From positions 2,541,551 to 2,605,550 of the forward strand of contig CM119266.1 in assembly GCA_051294375.1 (NCBI GenBank): DNA of 64,000 nt. Direction: 5' to 3'. Position numbers and translations under genes: made by a program. The notes below the pieces were generated by a model. It was given only the letters and a program-made list of their open reading frames with translations. It did not search any database and had not been told where the DNA came from. Positions 1 to 13,300 of this stretch are shown piece by piece (position 1 is the stretch's first letter; each line of letters begins with the position of its first letter). The stretch is from Paraspadella gotoi. Lineage: Eukaryota > Animalia > Chaetognatha.

Positions 1-265
1 AAATAGAAGTGATCTCAACTGAAACTGGCGCCGTTGACCGCGTAGGAGCCGGTGGAGGTAAGGAATCATCCCCTACTATAGTCGGCGCTGAAGAGACGGA
101 GACATTAGAGTCAGGTGTAGAGCTCCTTGATTCGAGTTCCAAAACCCTTTCAAAACTACTCAGTTTAAGTTTGTTTGCTATAATAATTTCGTGAAGATTT
201 CTTCTGGCATCTGGATCAAGACTTTGGTTATTATAAAACAAAGTTAAACGACTTATTGGCAACTC
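1..265 (-). CDS. Partial open frame running off the left edge (unknown protein, possibly a retroelement ORF1/gag-like fragment)
   Basis: Stop-free minus frame of ~88 codons (..FYNNQSLDPDARRNLHEIIIANKLKLSSFERVLELESRSSTPDSNVSVSSAPTIVGDDSLPPPAPTRSTAPVSVEITSI). No recognisable domain, and the surrounding sequence is noisy. Confidence 0.25.
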
Positions 266-1159
266 TTAATTTCTTCGCAAGAGGCAGTAGGCAACCTTTA
301 ACGATTGTCACGTGATGCAGGAATCTTTCCATTCCTGGCAATTATTGCAGTAAGCTTTTCACAATATTGGAAAGCTAAATGAGTCTCACGAATGCTTCAT
401 TTCTACATCTCGGTGCAATTGAGACTGTGAAGTCATGTTAGAAACGAACTTAAGAAGAAATCGGCAAACCCAGTTAAGAGATTGCAAACAAGTTAAAAGA
501 AATGCAAACCAGTTAAGAGAAGTGGAATTCCTATAGAACTTATTTGATGCCTCAAATATCAATAGTTCGGTAGCCGTAAGCATGCGCCATATATATATTG
601 ACATAATGTATCATAGGACATGGAGTAGACAACTGGTATCATTTGTAACATAGGGCGAATGACATAATAGGTGAATTAAGATGAGGAGCAGAAGAAGCAA
701 AGTGAAGAGGCGCGGAGGAGGAGAGTAGGTAAGAAAGGCTGTAAACTGTAACAAAGTATAACCTTTTAAATGAGCTTAAACCATTTAACAAAGTATAACA
801 TGTTGCAAATAACAAATACCTGGCTTTATAGAATCCAAAAGAGATAAAATTCCATCTTTAAAAAGGCAATAAAATATTAGCAATGTTTTTACAATAGAGT
901 TTTTTCGAGACATGAGACCTCGGAAAGTTGTGACTGGGCGGACGTAAAGCAAACATTGGTGAGAATCAAAACTAGGAGGGGCGAGAACCGATCGTGAGAT
1001 TATCGCTTCCTACCTGATCTCAGCCGTCCACGGCGGCGAGTACTGTTACGTACAATCTGCTAACGGTATTTCGGGACAACAAAAAGACAACTATTGAAAG
1101 TCTATAACAAAAAGATATGTCCTCTTTAAACATCAAGAAAATAACTATAAAAAAATTTG

Positions 1160-2490
1160 CTAACACCTCTCTCTCTCTCTTACACTCTCATAATACTGCT
1201 CATCTCTTCTACACTCTCTTACACTCTCTCTCTCTTACAGCTCTCGTTAACAGCTCCTTCTCGTCATACACGTGCATCGTCTCTCATGCCAATTGACGAC
1301 AGCGGGGGCCAGTGCGTCTCTCTTCTAACACCTCTCATTAAAACTACTCCCATGCTCTGGTTAAGCACGCTCTCTCTCTCATTCTGACAAGAGCACAGAT
1401 GACGATCTCTATCTCTTTACAAACTGCTCTTACACAATCTTCTCGTCTCTTACACTCTGCTTACACTCTGCTGCTCTCTCTCTCGTTACAACTCTCGTTA
1501 CACTCTCTTACACTTCTCTCTCTCGTTAACACTCTGCTCTCCTTCTTAACTACTCTCTTAACAGCTCTCTCTCTCTCTTACCTCTCTTAACTCTCTGCCT
1601 CTCTGCTAATCTCTCTTACACTCTCTCTCTCACACCTCTCTTACATGCTCCTCGTTCTCCTCTACACTCTCTCGTCTTACACTCCTCTTTACGACGTCTC
1701 GTTCTCTCATCTCTTAACATCACTCTCTCTCTCGTCTTAACACTGCTCTTACACTCTCTTCTCTCTCTTCTTAAACACACTCTCTCTCTCCTCTTAACAG
1801 ACTCTCCTCATCAGTCTCTTACAACTGCTCCTCTCTCGTTACAGCTCTGCTTACAGCTCGTCGGGCTCTTGCGACTCTTTATACACCTGCTCTCGGTCTC
1901 TCTTCTAGACACACTCTCTCTCTCAGACTCTCCCTCTCTTTGCTCTTACAAGCTCTCTCTCCTCTTCTCTCTGCTCTTACACTACTCTCTCTCGTCTCTT
2001 ACACTCTCGTCTCTCTCTGCTTACACGTGCATCTCTCTCCTCTTACACTCTTCTGCCTCTCTTACAGCTCTCTTTCTCTCTTAACCAACTCTCTACAGCT
2101 CTCTCCTCCGTGCTTCACAAATCTTTCTCTCTCTATCGATTTACAAGCTCTTAGCTATACAGCTGCTCCTCTCTCTCCTTACACTCTCTTACAACGTCTC
2201 CTCTCTCTCATCTCCAACACTCTTCTAACAGCCCTCTCGTCTCTGCTCTGTCAAAACTCCGTACACTCTCTCTCCTCCTCTCTTACACTATCCTTAACAC
2301 TCTTGCTCATCTTCGTAACTACTCTCTACATCTCTCTCTGCTCTTGACACTCTCTCTCGTCTCTTACGACTCCTCTTACGACTCTCCTTTTCTCTCTTAC
2401 CTCTCTTTACACCCTCACTCGTCTTACACTCCTGCTTGTATCAGCTCTCTCTGCGCGTCTCTACACATCTCTCTCTTTCCTTACATCCTC
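1160..2490. repeat. Degenerate (CTCTCTCTTACA)n pyrimidine-rich satellite; a second block lies at ~3440-3620
   Basis: Recurrent CTCTCTTACA/CTCTTACAG units. The L/S/T-rich ORFs here are repeat artefacts. Confidence 0.85.
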
Positions 2491-3619
2491 TTGCTTCTCT
2501 AGTTGACAGCGGCCGGAGAAGCTGAGTGACAAACGGACGCACGATCGTGATCCTCCGCGGGCGCCGCCGTGGAGTGGGTTGAGTCCTGATATTTTTTTTT
2601 TCACAAATTAGTGTCCAGCATTAGGAGTTAGGAATAAACGCACTGAAAATCAGGCCCCCGGTACGGGTTGGCGTGTACCGAGGAAACCCATGGGGTCGCC
2701 AGCTCCGGTGGCAAAAAATCTTGGAAACAACTAGAAAATCTCGGCGACCAGTGAAAAAAAGAACCCGCGCCTAATTTAGGGAAAGTGTTGTAGAAAGCCG
2801 AAAGTATAATTGCAAGACATCTTTAAAAAAAATCCCTAAATGAAATTTAAACAAAACTGAAACTTGTTAACAACAACGTTCCACGAAATCCAAACCCAGG
2901 AACACGCGTGTCGAAGACGAATATGGAAGCATATTTCGACTCGTGATTTAAAACTCCTGTCCGTGAGTGAAATTACGTGCGAAGAAAGAAAAGCACGCTG
3001 ATCAAGTGAACATGACAATGGAGTAAGTCACCAGGCCTGACTTTGAGTTAAACAAAACAACTTGAAATGGTTCTACAAGTACTCCCTCAGTTTGCTAAAA
3101 ACAGTCTCAAACCAAAAATGATAACCAAAAATCTTTCCATGCATTTCTCGTCTACTCACAACTGTCGACTCAATTAACACGAGCTAAACTTAGCTCAAGT
3201 TTGTACAGGAATCGTACATTGGGCACAAGGCTCTGTAAGTGAAGCTAAGCGTCAATGAAGTAAGCGAGACATCCTGTAATCAACCACTGTCAACAACGAA
3301 AAAAACTTTAATTCCTGTTCTGGAGAAAAGAGAAATTGGTCCCAGTTCAAAATGATAATATAGTTCCAAGACTGAGCTCTAGAAATGACGTTACGGAAGT
3401 TTCTAGTGAATGCGCCAGCGTCGAAACCGGAAATGTGACACACTCTCTCTCTCTCTTACTACTCTCTACACATCTCTCGTCTCTCCTTATACACTCTCCT
3501 CTCTCCTCATGCTCACACAGAGTTCTCCTCTCTGTCTTACAGCTCTCTTGTACAGCTCTCCGGGTCTCCTGTGCGTCTTACACGCTTCTCTCCTCTTACA
3601 CTTTCTCATCTACACCTCT

Positions 3620-4403
3620 GTGTTAGAAATTGGGGTGAGGACAACGAGTTTTAAATTCCTTTTTTATCAAAAACAAACAATTCCTTTCTTTATTTTATGG
3701 TCTCCTTCTCTCTCTCTTCTCGTTTGAAATTTTATGTAGCTTTCCGTCTCTGCTCACTCTCAATAGATAAAACGTTAAATACGACCAGAAAACGGAACTT
3801 TTTTCTCCTGTTAAAAAGATTGGAAAACTTTAAAAATAAGCAGAAAAAAACGATTTTTCGTTCGCCAATGTAAAAAAGAAGATAAAAGAACTTTAAAAAA
3901 AAACGGCAACGTTTTTTCCAATGTAAAAAGAGGGTTAAAAGAAGTAAACACCGATAAAAGTGCAGACTTTTCTAAATAGTAAAAAAGTAATAAAAAATGT
4001 TTAATACACCGCGCAGACGAGATATTTTCCAAAGAGATGAACAACTGTTAAAACAAAGAAAGAAAACTCGGGCTTTTTCTCCAATGTAAAAAGAGATAAA
4101 TGTGTCTAAAACAGCCAACGGCATGCGACACCGGAAACAAGGCACGAGCGATATTTCCAAGAAAAGAAAAAAGAATAAAACGAGTTAAAGTACTTATATT
4201 TCTGCTGCCATAACATTCAATGCGAAGCGTGTGTTAAAAATTAGGTGAGCGACGAGTTATTAAATATCGTTTTTAATCCAACAACAAACAAACGTTTCCT
4301 ACTCCTTTGTAATTTATGTCTCCCTTCTCGTCTCTCTTTTTTCTCTTGTAATTTTATGGTGGCTTGTCTGCCTCAAACTCCTCCAAAGTAGAAACGTAAA
4401 TAC
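3620..4403. repeat. ~610-bp tandem unit (3620-4230, restarting at 4231 and cut by the N gap) with internal TTTCCAATGTAAAAAGAG subrepeats
   Basis: TGTTAGAAATTGGGGTGAG...AACGTTAAATAC (3621-3782) recurs as TGTTAAAAATTAGGTGAG...AACGTAAATAC (4232-4403). Confidence 0.6.
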
Positions 4404-7400
4404 NNNNNNNNNNNNNNNNNNNNNNNNNNNNNNNNNNNNNNNNNNNNNNNNNNNNNNNNNNNNNNNNNNNNNNNNNNNNNNNNNNNNNNNNNNNNNNNNN
4501 NNNGAGTCGAGAATTTTACGTGTAGAATGGGAAGGAGAGAGATAATTTGGTTACCAGTTATTATTTAGTCCAAGGGTCTGTTTAAAAGACGAGGTAATTG
4601 GATAAACCCGTAATACTCAATAGGAGAAATTATTTTTCCGACCATAGCAGAAACTCTCATCAAATACAGAATCCTAAAAATCATCTCTTTTATCTCACTT
4701 CACGTCTTTGCATGTCCTACAGTTTTTTTCTTCGACGAAGAAGCATAGATAAACAGAGAATCTGGGGTCTTGGTCTCTCTCTCTCTCATCTCTCTCTCTC
4801 TTCTTCTCAGCTCGTCGCATCTCGTCTCCTTCGTCTCTCTCGTCTCTCATCTTTCTCTCTCTCTGCATATTTAGTCCATTTCGATCGGTATTCACCTGAA
4901 TGAATTTCTTTAATACTAAAATGATTCTCGAGACTTGGTGACGACTTTTCAGCTCCGCCTGCCGCGCGCCCGCTGTCGCCGCTGTCGCCGCTGTCACTCC
5001 CCGCTGACACATGCCGCCCGCCGCTTACGCCTAGGCCGCTACCCGTTCGCACGGCCCTGGCACCCCGGCTGCCAGAACGGCAACCACGCAAACCGTACTC
5101 GCACGTCGCTCTCGCATTGGCTGCCATGACATTTTCAGATGATATTCTTTTTCTTTTTCAGCTCCAATATTGATTTTATCTTTAACATTTCTTATCGTAA
5201 TTTTATTTCTTATTTTTCATAAACGGTTCTGCTGTAGGGCAAGATCACAGAGTTTCGCGAGAGGGGGGATGCAGGTTTACGAGGAATCTCGGCTTTTTTT
5301 TATGGTCCGCCTCGATTCGAACGGCATGGCCCGTAATAAATAGTATAAAAGAATGGCATAGTTCGAAAGCGTGGCGTTCTTGGGAAAGCCCTTTGCCGGT
5401 GGAAGCGCGAGAAAAGTACGGTCACTTGACTGAAAGAATGGACCATAATGTGGACTGGTTTTACGGTTTTTTTTGCTTTCCTGACTCATCATTAAGAGCA
5501 TTGCATTGTTTCTACATAAGACCTATGTTTTGATTATTTTTTTGTCTTCAACATTATAGATAGTTGGCGTGCTGGGCTAAGAGCAGGTTCTTAATTTTGT
5601 TATATTATTTGCAGCTTGCTGTTAATTTAACAATCATTAAACTGCTTTTTTGGCATTATTGCGAACCGTCACGCCGATGTATTTTTGACTTTATTTTACC
5701 CTTCCGGCCATTGGGGACAGTCTGTTATTGTTTCGTGGTGTGAGCGCGCGCGAAAAAGTTTTGTGTGTTTTTTGAATAAAAATCCGAAGAAAACCAAAGG
5801 GCTTTGTTTCGATAACATTTTTATATTGGACTGCCGAAACGAGCATAGAATGGATCTACGCGAAATCCATCCGAAAGCCATGGCTGCGACGAGCAACCGC
5901 GGTTTCCGACGAAGAGTGAGGATTTTGGTGGCTGTTTGTTTTGAAGTCATAATTCTCGCCGGTGATGCTTTTTTGATGGAATTTTTAAAAAATTTTAATA
6001 AGTATGGTTATGTTATTAAGTATTTAATCAATTGTGAGATATTCGGTTCGTTCTGTAGAAGAGACATGGTTAGATATTCGCTCCCGCGCTAAGAAAAAAT
6101 ACGAAAGAACGAAGCGGTTTCTGTAATTTTGTTCCTAAGCAAATTTTGCCTTGATGAGCAGCGCAGTAATATTACAAAACCATGGAGGTTTTTGAAACTA
6201 CGTGTTTGGGCTAATCCAACGGCAGCTGGGAACAAAAAAAATCCTATAAAGGTCTTGTTGCACAAAAATACTAAAAGAAAGCACGGTTTAATTTTTATAT
6301 TTTGTGTTTTTACTGTAGAAGTCAATATATTTGCAGCGGTCTTGTGACTGATTTCGATCTTTGTTGGGTTAGTCTATCTTTCAATAGCGACACAAAAAAT
6401 AATAATTGATGTCATAGTATGAAATAATAGCAACTAAGTCAAACTTATTCTAATCAAAGTTTTTGTAATTTTGTTTACTGTTTTGCCAAACATGCCTCTT
6501 TAAACAATTATAAAAAATAAGATACTAATGAAACTAAATGTTAGGTACACGTCTGCCGACGAAAGAAGAAATTCATTGATATTATAGTAATCAATATGGA
6601 GCCTTGAATACCTTATTTCTTCTTAATTTACTCTTTATTGATAAAAGCTGTATTCAGTGTAAAATGAAAAACAATATCACAATACCCGCTACTTCATTTG
6701 CATGTTATTAAAGGCTTGTAGAGTGGTTTTTTTTAATAAAAATCGGTTTATATTCATATAGCTAATTAAATTACTGCCAAAGGTTTTAATTTGCACCTAA
6801 AATGACCCAAATTTATAATTGATAATAGTCTTTAGCTCTGTCATTTTTGAATCAGCACGGAATCAAAGTGTTGAATCTGACTGAATTTTATTTTAAATAA
6901 TGTGTTTTTAAGGTAACTAAATGAAATTATTTGTTTCTTTCATCAAATGGCATTATTGATAATTCTAGTATTATTTATACGTTAAAGGATAGAAAAATTT
7001 TGTTAATATCACAAAAAAATTCAGCCTTTACTCTTTCTCGAACTATAATTTTTTATTTTTAAAATGTGCCAGTGTGGTTTAAATTAATTTCAAAATGTGT
7101 ATTTTTGACAAGATTTCGATCAGATTTTAAAAAATACTCCTTTGAAACGTTGAAGTAATAATTAATGGAAAATGCCGCCACATAATTACGAAAGGCTTGA
7201 ATTTGGACCAGTCCATTGTTATACATTTTGGTTCAAAGAAGATTATCTCAGAAAATCTTTTTTTTATTTCAATATGAAGTCACTGCGGCTAGTAAAAATT
7301 TGAAGCGGACCAAAAGAAAATTAAGCAATGCAAGGATTGTTTTAAAAATTGGGTGTGGAAATGACTGTTTTATGTGGATTATTTTTTAAAACGTTGGATC

Positions 7401-7567
7401 AGATTGATTTGAATTTGAAATCACAATATTGGACATCAATTTCCTCTAGTAAATGTAAAATATTTTTCAAATAACATTATAAAAGCCAGGTAACTTGCGC
7501 CCTAAACTAAATGGTAAGAATAAAAATACAAGATGAGATTGTGACGTAAGAGAAAGAAAAAAGTCTC

Positions 7568-8023
7568 TGATATGGCAACAGGCCGGGTGCCTTGTTATGC
7601 CCAATTGGGATGGGGCATCTCACTGTTAGCTTTGGGGCTTCCGACCCTCATGAAACGCATCCAGTCACTCAGGGTACACGCTAGGACGGTCTCGTTTCCC
7701 AACGCAGAGGGAAGTATTAGGACATGTGGATGGAACACTAACGCTGGATGGTGTGTTCCTCCTGAGTCATGGATTTGGACTGAAACGATGAGTGGACGTG
7801 AGGCGGTGTGAACTACCGTAACCGCCACTGATATCACATTATTACAACGCCCTCAATATTCGGACCAAATAGATCACGGGTTACTATCGGTCCTATTCTG
7901 TTGTCCCGGTCGTCATGGTATTGCCAAGTGACCTGTTGGATGATACCTGGCTTCGTAAGCAAAGAGGAGACGAAGGGTTTAGAATTAGAGAGACCTGGTC
8001 GTAAGTCACCTCAGCAACTATCA
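7568..8023. mobile_element. Probable solo LTR or similar GC-richer insertion
   Basis: Abrupt GC-richer 456-bp block bounded by TGATA...TATCA (TG..CA, 5-bp inverted ends). No TSD seen. Confidence 0.35.
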
Positions 8024-9501
8024 TTTTGGTACATTTTATATTAGTAGTTTTTATCATACTAATATTTCTGATATATCCAAAATAGCAGTACGTTTTAGTA
8101 TACTAGTACGCTTTCAATAAGAATTTGATTTTATTATTGTATAATAATTTTTAGACACGAATTAAATTTTTTGTAAGTTTTTGTCGCCAATAGCGTGTTA
8201 CGATTTCTAGTATTTTTAAAACCCTCTTGGTGGCGGAGCACTCTTTTTCTCGGCGACGCACTCTTCTCTCGCGACGCATCTCGGCTCTCGCGGAGCGAAC
8301 TGCCTCTCGGCGACGCACTCGGCGACCCACCTCGGTTTCTCGGCAGACTCGGTTAATAAATTAAAAATTATTCCATTACTCTCATTCGTCTAGTGCGTTA
8401 GGGAGAACCATTTATAATAAGCTTAATCTTGCTCTTAATACCGACAAATTTTATTTTTTTGGGTTAACTGTTCCATCTCTCTCTTCGGCTGTTTAGTTTC
8501 AAGATTTACTATGTGATAATGAATATGCTTTTTTATAGTAAAATAATCCTTATGAGTTTGCTAGAGCATGTACACTTTCTCTCACCCCCTCCTCTTCTAG
8601 ATTGGTTGCGTGGCCGGATCCGCCGGCCAACATCCAAACTTCAAGACCCAAACTTAACCCGATGGTAATCCGAAACAATGACAGCAAGAAACGGCATTGG
8701 TGGTAATCTACCCTGTAAATAATCCTGAGTTTTGATAAGTTTTTTTTTCGCGGTCTTTGATGAATTATAATTTTTTTTGCCTCTCACTCTTGAAAAAATC
8801 TGGAAATATTTGTTTTAAACGATAGTCGCTGCAATACAGTGATAATTACAGATTTAAAGTAAGTAGGCAGCTGGAGATAGAACAGAAGTCCATGTTCATA
8901 AGATGGGAAAAATTATAAAAAAAGTTAGTAGTTTTTTTAATCTTAGTTTATTACGTAGCATTAATGTAGGGCTTGACTGGCGTACATTAATTGTTTAAAC
9001 TATGTTTGTTTAATATGGTTAAAATTAAATGCTCATTAATTTGTGCAATATACATTTTTTTGGTTCAGTAACTAATTTTAAAATAAATAATAATTGTTTT
9101 AGATTTATTTTATTGTATTTTTATATTGAAGCAGGAAAATGAATTGTTTGTTTATGTACGAATTTGATAAAGAACATAAATTTTGGGCATGTTTCCAGCT
9201 TTAATGTAAGCTTTCTCTGCGTAAAAACCTAATTATTGGTCGAAAACAAATATTTTCAGCCTCTCTCTTTTCTATATCAAATTTTTCCAAAGTCTCTGTA
9301 AAATTTTGTTTTCAGCAAATTAATCGTTTTCGCGCTGTATAAGGTTTACATTGAATCAGAAACATGTCGCGAAATTTGTTTTCTTAATAAAACTCATACA
9401 AAACTGCAAACAAAAAAAAGAAAACAATAAGTTAAATATTATTTTCACTATGGAAAACAGTGCACTAAGAAACAGAAATTTTTTTTTAATTTTGCCATAT
9501 A

Positions 9502-10061
9502 TGTGGCGCGGAGTCGAAGGTCCGGTTGGCGTGACGTCACGTGGCCGAGATTCGTGACCAACTGTAACCTGGGGTCCTAAGGTGATCAGGTGACATCATC
9601 GCAGGGAAGGCACGAGGTTAAGGGATTCGAATTGATTGTTATTTTGATTGGTTGATAAAACAATAATTGATTTGGAATCAGAGTTTTCTTCTTCTTAAAT
9701 AATGTAGTATTTACATTGAGAGAGATCAAGTAAAAACGTGGAGAAATAAAAGCATAACAAGTTTATTTCATTGAGATGAAAATCAGTCTGAATTATGTCA
9801 GTTTACAATCCATTAAAGAAAGCAATCAAAAACAAAGAAAATAAGGCTCCATCTCTTGGTGGACAATTTAATTTTACTTTGGAAACAAAAGTCTTTAAAT
9901 CAATGTTTAAGTCTTTAAATCGTGATTTGAGGCTGGATTCTTAGGCCATTTGGTTGGCCGAGGTCGGTGACTGAGGCGTCCAAATCCTTGAGCCCGGTTC
10001 GAATCCGCGGACATGGATGAGTTTATTTTTCGTATGAAATTATCCGCTCGAGGTGGCCGCA
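9502..10061 (-). repeat. 3' LTR of the CsRn1-like element
   Basis: Direct repeat of 15283-15847 with TG..CA ends; purine tract (AAGGGGGCG on minus) immediately inside at 10062-10070. Confidence 0.93.
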
Positions 10062-10315
10062 CGCCCCCTTGTTGAAATATATAGTAAAATATATTCAATA
10101 ATATTGTTATCGTCCACCGAGTGATTGTAAATGTATGTAGTGCAAAATACTAATAAATATATATATATATACGAATATATACAAGTTTAAAATTAAACTG
10201 TTGACCGAATTAACATGATTTGACGATCCTCAAAATAAAAAATCGAAAAATCAAAAATTAAAATTGAAAAATAAAATTCGATAAAACTCACGAATAATAA
10301 AGTTGAAAAATAACT

Positions 10316-13300
10316 TTAATACGACGTGAACGTGGTTTTATTGTTTTCGTTGTTATTCTCGTTTTCGTCTCTCTGTCGACGAAGCATCTCTTTAAGAACA
10401 ACAGCATAAGTCGGACGGTTGCTGTTATCATTTTTGTTGTTGTTGTTGTTGTCTTCGTTGTTTACTTGTCGATTTTGTCTGTTGAGAAAGTTCTCTGCTG
10501 TGGCCTTTGACAACCTCCACGTTGGCTCGGTTTCTCCCCTCGCAGAGTTGTTGTTGTTATTCTTCTCTTTTTTCTTTGAGGTTGGAGATGGCGGGCGGAG
10601 AACACTTAGAGAAGGAGAAGGGGGAGGAAGAGCGGCGACGCGTTGCACCGAAGATCTCGTTACTCTCGTTGTTGGCGCCGGTATTCGAGTTCGAGGTCGG
10701 CCCAGTCGGCGCTGTGGGCTGCGGGATGCTGGTATAATTTGCGCAGGAGGAGGAGGAGAAGTAGCTCTCTGCATCGAGGATCTCGTTGTTCTCGTTGTTG
10801 GCGCCGGCATCCGAGTTCGTGGGCGACCAGGTCGGCGTCGTGGGCGTGTTTCCTGTTCATTGACCTCTGACGCTTCCTCACTAATCCAAGCTGGTTTGAT
10901 TCGGGCGATATTTACCGTTTGTCTACCCGTACTTGGAATTTCAATTGTGATGTTGAGACCATTTCGATTTATAACGCGGTAAGGTCCTTCGTACGGGGGA
11001 ATCAAGGGTGGTTGGACTCCAGCTCGTCGTACGAAGACGTATTGGGCCGATTCTAGATTAGCTGGGAGGTGAGTTGCTGGTTGATGGTGTGCAGAGGTTG
11101 GAGTTGGTTGAAGACGAGCGACTTCAACTCGGAGACTTGCCAATTGACTTTGGCGTTGTCGTTGAAGATCTGAGTCATCGATTTGCTTGTCGCCGAGCAT
11201 ACTGCCAGGTATGCTAATACCTTCACCAAAGACCATGTCGGCGGCTGAGGCGCCGATATCCTCTTTTACTGTTGTGCGAATTGCTAAAAGGGTCAACGGT
11301 AGCTTCCAATACCAGTTTTGTCTTTCTTCCTTTGCCAAGGCTCTCAGAGATTCTTTTAGCCGCCGATGAAAACGCTCTACCAGGCCATTGGCCTGGGGGT
11401 GGTAAGCCGTGGTCATCTGATGCTTGATTCCCCATTGTTGGGTAAGCTGTCGCCATAATGCCGAGTTGAACTGGGTTCCTCGATCTGTCGTGATGATTGC
11501 CGGGGTGCCAAAGGTGCTAATCCATTCGTGGCTAAATGCATCGAGGATTGTTGTTGTGACTGTATCCTTGATTGGAATTGCGGCTGGCCACCTCGAGAAG
11601 CGGTCGACGACTGTTAGCAGATATGTGAAGCCATTTGAACTCGGCATCTTCACCAGGTCCAAGTTGACATGTTGGAATCTTCTCGGAGGAATTTTAAATT
11701 CTCCTATTTCTGGAATGACATGTCTTGTAATTTTGGCCTTCTGACAATCGATGCAATCTCTTGCCCACTTTGTCACATCTTGTCTCATGTTTGTCCACAC
11801 AAACTTTGACGCCACTGCCTTTCGCGTTGCCTCGATGCCGGGATGGCCGAGGCCGTGTATGACGTCGAATATTCGGCGTCGCCAAGCTGCTGGTACAAAT
11901 GGCCGTGCTGGGCCGTTTGAGACGTCGGCCAGGAGTTGTTGTTCTCCGACTTGGATTTTTCGGAACGTAAGACCTGATCTTGCATCTTCCGAGATTTTTT
12001 GAAATTCTGGGTCGAGGATTTGTTCCCTCGCCATCTGCTCAAAATCTATTTCGAAAGTTGTCAGTGACGCTATCACTGCTTGAGCATCTTCAAGGCGATT
12101 AGCTTTGATTGTTTTCTCATCTTTCTGCTCAAGTTGTTCGACGACTTGAGAGATTGGCGTCGAATTGATGGCTACGACTTTCGATTCCATTTGCGCGTCG
12201 TTTGGCGGCTCAGCTGTTGATGGGGTGTTGGGACGAGACAAAGCGTCTGCCACAACATTTGCCTTGCCTTTCAGATAACGGATATCAGTCGTGAACTCCG
12301 CTATCACCGAAAGCTGATATGCTTGACGAGCAGTTTGCGGCTCCGTTTTCTTTTTAATGGCGGGCACGAGACTTTGATGATCCGTGTAGATCGTAAAGCT
12401 GCGACCTTCAATCCAATGACGGAAATGACGAACGGCTCGGAAGGCTCCAAACAACTCCCGATCGAATGGAGGCCAAAGTTTTTGGTTTTTGGCAAGCTTG
12501 GCCGAAAAAAAGGCCAACGGCTCCCATCCCTTTGGACCTCGTTGCTCGAGCACCGCACCAACTGCGTGGTCGGATGCATCCGTTGTGATGCAGAGTTGGG
12601 CGCCTGTTCGAGGATGGTGGAGTAATGCAGCTTGTATTAAGCCCTCCTTGATCGCCTCAAATGCTTTTTCGCAGTTGTCAGTCCATCTCAAAGTCTTTGG
12701 TTTGCCACTTAAAGCTTCGTAGAGCGGCGCGCAACGATGGGCGACTTTGGGGATAAATCGACGATAGTAGTTGATCATCCCCAAAAACCTTTGTAACTCC
12801 TTTATCGTCGTCGGTTTTGTTGTTTCACGCAGTGTTTGGACCCGTTCAGGCAGTGGTCGTACTCCATTCTTGTCAACCAAGAAGCCCAAGAATTCGAGCG
12901 ATTCTTGGCCCAAGAGGCACTTTTTTTTATTTACGACCAACCCGTTGGCGTCGAGGGTCTTGAAGACCCGCTCGAGATCCTGCATGTGCTCCTCTGGCGA
13001 CGTCGAAGCTACTAATATATCGTCTAGATATACAAAGGTGTGGGGAATGTCCCCCAGGATGTCGTCCATCAGGCGCTGGAAGTCTTGCCCTGCATTTTTG
13101 AGTCCAAATGGGCAACGAGGGAAGACGTATAACCCAAACGGGGTTATTACTGCGGTTTTCTTGATGTCTTCTGGATTTACTGGAATCTGATGGTATCCTT
13201 TGAGCAAATCAATCTTCGAGAAGATTGTTTTGCCCTCCAGTTGTGCATTGAAATCCGTTAGTAGTTTGACGGGATACTTGTCGTCAATCGTTTGCGAATT

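Noticed and set aside
4945-6350. GC-rich patch and short ORFs as a transposase remnant
   Set aside because: No DDE, BED or THAP motif, TIR or TSD could be identified by eye.
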